A stretch of 64,000 bases of DNA from Candidatus Zixiibacteriota bacterium. Its GTDB lineage: Bacteria; Desulfobacterota; Binatia; UBA9968. Position 1 is the first letter of the stretch; every line of letters starts with the position of its first letter. Shown here in pieces: positions 60,904 to 64,000 of the stretch. The stretch lies in NCBI GenBank assembly GCA_035574315.1, contig DATLYW010000031.1:68574-132573 (forward strand). Reading direction: 5' to 3'. The translations under genes and the position numbers were made by a program. The notes below the pieces were generated by a model that was given only the letters and a program-made list of their open reading frames with translations, made no database searches and was not told the origin of the DNA.

Positions 60904-62391
60904 CTACTCGCCTCCGACGATCTCGGACTGCGTCTCGGTGGCGATGACGACCGATTTGGAGTCCGTGTAGTGCTCGATCGCCTCCTCGCCGTGCTCCTTG
61001 CCGAGGCCGCTCTGCTTGACCCCGCCGAACGGCAGCTCGTCATAGATGATCTGCGCCGAGTTGATCCAGGTGTAGCCGGCCTCGATACGCTCGGCGCCGG
61101 CCATGGCGCGATTGATGTCGCGCGTCCAGATGGAGGAGCCGAGGCCGAAGATCGAGTTGTTCGCCTGCTCAATCGCGTGATCGAGGTTCCTGACGCGAAC
61201 GATCGGCAGGGCGGGGCCGAAAACCTCTTCCTGCAACAGGCGGGAGGCCGGGTCGACGTCGGTCACCAGCGTGGGCTTGAGATAAAAGCCTTTGTCGTAC
61301 TCCTCGCCCCTGGGCCGCTCACCGCCGTAGAGGATCCGGGCGCCTCGCTTCACCGCGTCCTCGACCTGTTCCTCGACCTCCTGGCGCTGCTCCCGGGTGT
61401 GCAGCGGCCCCATCAGCGTTTCCTTGCTGAGGCCATTGCCGACGCGGATCTTCTTCACCTTCTCGATCAGCTTCTCGATGAACACATCGGCGATGTTCTC
61501 GAACAGGTAGAGCCGCTTGACCGCCAGGCACGCCTGGCCGCAGTTGAAAAAGCGGCCCACAGAGGCGGCGCTGACGGCGCGGTCGAGGTCCGCGTCGTCG
61601 CATACGATCATCGGATCGCTCCCGCCCAGCTCGAGGGTCACGTGCTTTAAATCCTTCGCGGCCGACTGCATGACCCGCCGGCCGGTATCGGTGGCGCCCG
61701 TAAAGCCGATCTTTCTCACCTTGGGGTTGACGAGAAGCTCCTCACCGACCACGCTCCCGGGGCCGGTCACTACGTTGAGCACGCCCTTGGGTCCACCCGC
61801 TTCCTGAATCGCCCGGTCGATGATCTCGCATACCCGGATGTCGGTGAGGGGCGTGGTGCCCGCCGGCTTTACCACCACCGTGTTTCCCGTGAGCAGCGCG
61901 GGTCCGAGCTTGTTGCCCATCAGGGAAACGGGGAAGTTCCAGGGAACGATGGCACCGCACACTCCCAGGGGCTTGCGCAGGATGAGCCCGTGACGGCCAT
62001 TGTCGAGCAACACGGCCCCTGTGCGCAGGCTCTTGGCCATGCCCCCGTAGTGCTCCAGCGTGTGGACGAAGCGGCGGATCTCCAGGATCGACTCGCGCAG
62101 CGGCTTTCCCTGCTCGCGTGTAAGCAGCTCGGCCAGCTCGCGCTCCTGCTCGAGGATCATATGCCCCGCGCGAAGCAGGATCGCGCCGCGCTTGGACGGA
62201 GCCATGGCGGACCACTTTTTCAAAGCACCGGCGGCTGCGTCGATTGCCCGGCGAACGTCTCCCACCGTGCCTCGGGGAACGCTGTCGACCAGCTCGCCGG
62301 TGGCGGGATTTCGCACCGGCGTGGTCTCTTTGCTCTCGGAATCGGTAAACTCGCTGGCGACAAAAAGCTTTGCCATGAAACTCCTCCGCAA
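60904..62391 (-). CDS. NAD(P)-dependent aldehyde dehydrogenase
   Basis: ALDH glutamate (ELGGSDP) and cysteine (FNCGQAC) active-site motifs. Confidence 0.9.
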   Translation of the reverse strand: MRRSFMAKLFVASEFTDSESKETTPVRNPATGELVDSVPRGTVGDVRRAIDAAAGALKKWSAMAPSKRGAILLRAGHMILEQERELAELLTREQGKPLRESILEIRRFVHTLEHYGGMAKSLRTGAVLLDNGRHGLILRKPLGVCGAIVPWNFPVSLMGNKLGPALLTGNTVVVKPAGTTPLTDIRVCEIIDRAIQEAGGPKGVLNVVTGPGSVVGEELLVNPKVRKIGFTGATDTGRRVMQSAAKDLKHVTLELGGSDPMIVCDDADLDRAVSAASVGRFFNCGQACLAVKRLYLFENIADVFIEKLIEKVKKIRVGNGLSKETLMGPLHTREQRQEVEEQVEDAVKRGARILYGGERPRGEEYDKGFYLKPTLVTDVDPASRLLQEEVFGPALPIVRVRNLDHAIEQANNSIFGLGSSIWTRDINRAMAGAERIEAGYTWINSAQIIYDELPFGGVKQSGLGKEHGEEAIEHYTDSKSVVIATETQSEIVGGE

Positions 62392-62480
62392 TGTTTCGGA
62401 GCTTCAAAAACAATCATGTTCACCTGGGGTTGTCAAGAATTTGGCGCCGCGCGAGAAGCCGGCACGCGGCGCACGGGGCT

Positions 62481-64000
62481 TCAGGCCAGGGGGCTCTTGC
62501 AAATCACGTTGAGGAGCGCCTGGCGGTGCTCCTCCTTGACCGCCTTGAGAGCGCGCTCCAGAGCGGCGGGCAGCTCGTCGGGCTCTTCGACCCTCTCGGC
62601 ATAGGCGCCGCAGGCCTGCGCGGTCAGCTCGAAGCGGGGCGAGGGCGTCAGGTCCGTGCCGGGGAAATTGCCGGTTTTGGCCGCCACGCCTTCGGGATAG
62701 AGGCCGCGCGCGGCGTTGATGCTCGCGTTCCAGGACTCGTTGTTGTAGATCACCGTCAGGAACGGGATGCCGTATTTCTGTGCCGTAAAGTGGCAAGCCG
62801 TGGGCGCGGCGAACATATACGAGCCGTCGCCCTCGGCGGCGATCACCGTGGCGCCAGGCGCGCCCAGCTTCGCGCCGATGGCGGCTCCCAGCCCCCAGCC
62901 GAGATGGCCCGCGGGCGGGGTGCCGAAAAGCGATCCGGGGCGGCGAAGGTCGAGCGTGTCCGCCAGGCGGGAGGTGACGGACTCGTTGACGATGATCGTG
63001 CTCTCATCGATGGCGTCGCCGATGCACTTGGAGAGCCAGAGCGGGTTGATGGGTTTGTCGCGGCGCGCTGCCTGAAGGCTCGCCGCCCGCTCCCGCGCCA
63101 TTTCGTCGTGCTCCGCCGCGATTCGGCGGCGCCGCTCCTCGAGCTTCTCGGACGCCATGGCACCTGCGGTCAGCTTTTTGCGCACTGCGTCGATCAGCGC
63201 CGGCAGCGCCAGCTCGGAGCAGGCGGCGATCGGAAGGTGGGCGGGAAATCCCCACCCCGGGATCTCGGTGAACAGCGGGTCGCGGTCGAGGTGGATGATA
63301 CGAGCGTCGGGGCGGAGCAGGGCGGGATCCGGAGGCTCCCACGGGACGTCGATGTCGATGAAGAACAGCACGTCGGCGCTGCGTGCGTGGCGTGGGGTGT
63401 GGGTCCCCAGCGAAAGCGGGTGATCGGTCGGGAAGTTCATGTAGGTCGGCTGCTGCACCACGGGAACGGCCAGGAGCTCGGCCAGCTCGATGAGCCGCGG
63501 CACGGCGTGGGGGTTCCGGCCGAGGTATTTGGTGACGATCAGCGGGCGGTCGGCCGCCAGCAGAAGGTCGGCGGCCCGTTCGAGCGCGCCGGGGTCCGCT
63601 TGCGTTGCGGTTGCCGGCGAAAGGGATTCGGCGGCCGGCAGACAGGTCGACTCGAGGTGCTCGCAAAGCCACTCCCGGGGCAGCGTGAGGTAGACCGGGC
63701 CGCGGGGCTCGCTCATGGCGATTCTGAACGCGCGCGCCACGACGGCCCCGAGGTTCTGGTTGGTTCTCAGCTCGTAGTCCCATTTGACGAATTCGCGGAC
63801 CAGGGCGCCCTGGTCGCGCGACTCCTGACGCCAGTGGATGTTCTGGCTCTTGCCGCCGCGTAGCTCTCCATCCGTGACCGGCGTCCTGCCGGCGACGAGG
63901 AAAAGCGGAACGTTGGAGGAACGGGCGTTGATGAGGCCGCCAAGCGCGTTGGCGGTTCCGGGGAGCGTGTGCACGAGAACGAGCTGGGGGCGGCCGGTGA
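62481..64000 (-). CDS. Thiamine-diphosphate enzyme (acetolactate synthase / benzoylformate decarboxylase-like); N-terminus lies beyond the window
   Basis: C-terminal TPP-binding motif GDGSYMF...NN; the ORF runs to the window edge without a credible start. Confidence 0.8.
   Translation of the reverse strand, partial: TGRPQLVLVHTLPGTANALGGLINARSSNVPLFLVAGRTPVTDGELRGGKSQNIHWRQESRDQGALVREFVKWDYELRTNQNLGAVVARAFRIAMSEPRGPVYLTLPREWLCEHLESTCLPAAESLSPATATQADPGALERAADLLLAADRPLIVTKYLGRNPHAVPRLIELAELLAVPVVQQPTYMNFPTDHPLSLGTHTPRHARSADVLFFIDIDVPWEPPDPALLRPDARIIHLDRDPLFTEIPGWGFPAHLPIAACSELALPALIDAVRKKLTAGAMASEKLEERRRRIAAEHDEMARERAASLQAARRDKPINPLWLSKCIGDAIDESTIIVNESVTSRLADTLDLRRPGSLFGTPPAGHLGWGLGAAIGAKLGAPGATVIAAEGDGSYMFAAPTACHFTAQKYGIPFLTVIYNNESWNASINAARGLYPEGVAAKTGNFPGTDLTPSPRFELTAQACGAYAERVEEPDELPAALERALKAVKEEHRQALLNVICKSPLA

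Overview
High-GC (~65%) bacterial chromosomal window with five main blocks. The geobacter-type pilin and the density of sigma-54 activators suggest a deltaproteobacterial / Desulfuromonadales-like organism, but that is inference. (1) A minus-strand flagellar basal-body and export operon, flgB-flgC-fliE-fliF-fliG-fliH-fliI-fliJ, is cotranscribed with an upstream FlrB/FlrC-like two-component pair and a receiver-less sigma-54 activator. (2) A regulatory island holds an FNR-type regulator divergent from a receiver-less sigma-54 activator, an overlapping stand-alone CheY-like receiver, a consensus -24/-12 promoter and a 67-aa ORF. Next to it are small unknown genes, a fatty-acid hydroxylase-family membrane protein, a DapA-family lyase, a solitary HEPN protein and a degenerate membrane GGDEF protein. 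(3) A minus-strand type IV pilus cluster, pilB-pilC-(fused PilS-like membrane sensor / sigma-54 activator)-pilA, is followed by two GT-C family glycosyltransferases (YfhO-like and PMT/ArnT-like) and a secreted SH3b protein. (4) Housekeeping genes: ppdK, recO, grpE-dnaK-dnaJ, lon, thiL. A co-directional larB-archease-HD dNTPase-DegT-gmhA-deoxyhypusine-synthase-like-SAM hydroxide adenosyltransferase-dCMP deaminase block follows. Then come atpZ-atpI-atpB-atpE, hemL and the replication origin region: hemL | oriC | dnaA-dnaN, with a perfect palindromic DnaA-box pair. (5) A catabolic-looking cluster: PrpB/ICL-family lyase, SDR, NMT1-fold decarboxylase-like protein with a divergent periplasmic binding protein, class II aldolase, aryl-CoA ligase, ALDH and a TPP enzyme truncated at the window end. 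No transposases, integrases, CRISPR arrays, rRNA or convincing tRNA genes were seen. The most novel-looking items are the FNR / inverted split-NtrC / sigma-54 promoter / small ORF module and the one-component PilS-PilR fusion next to pilA.
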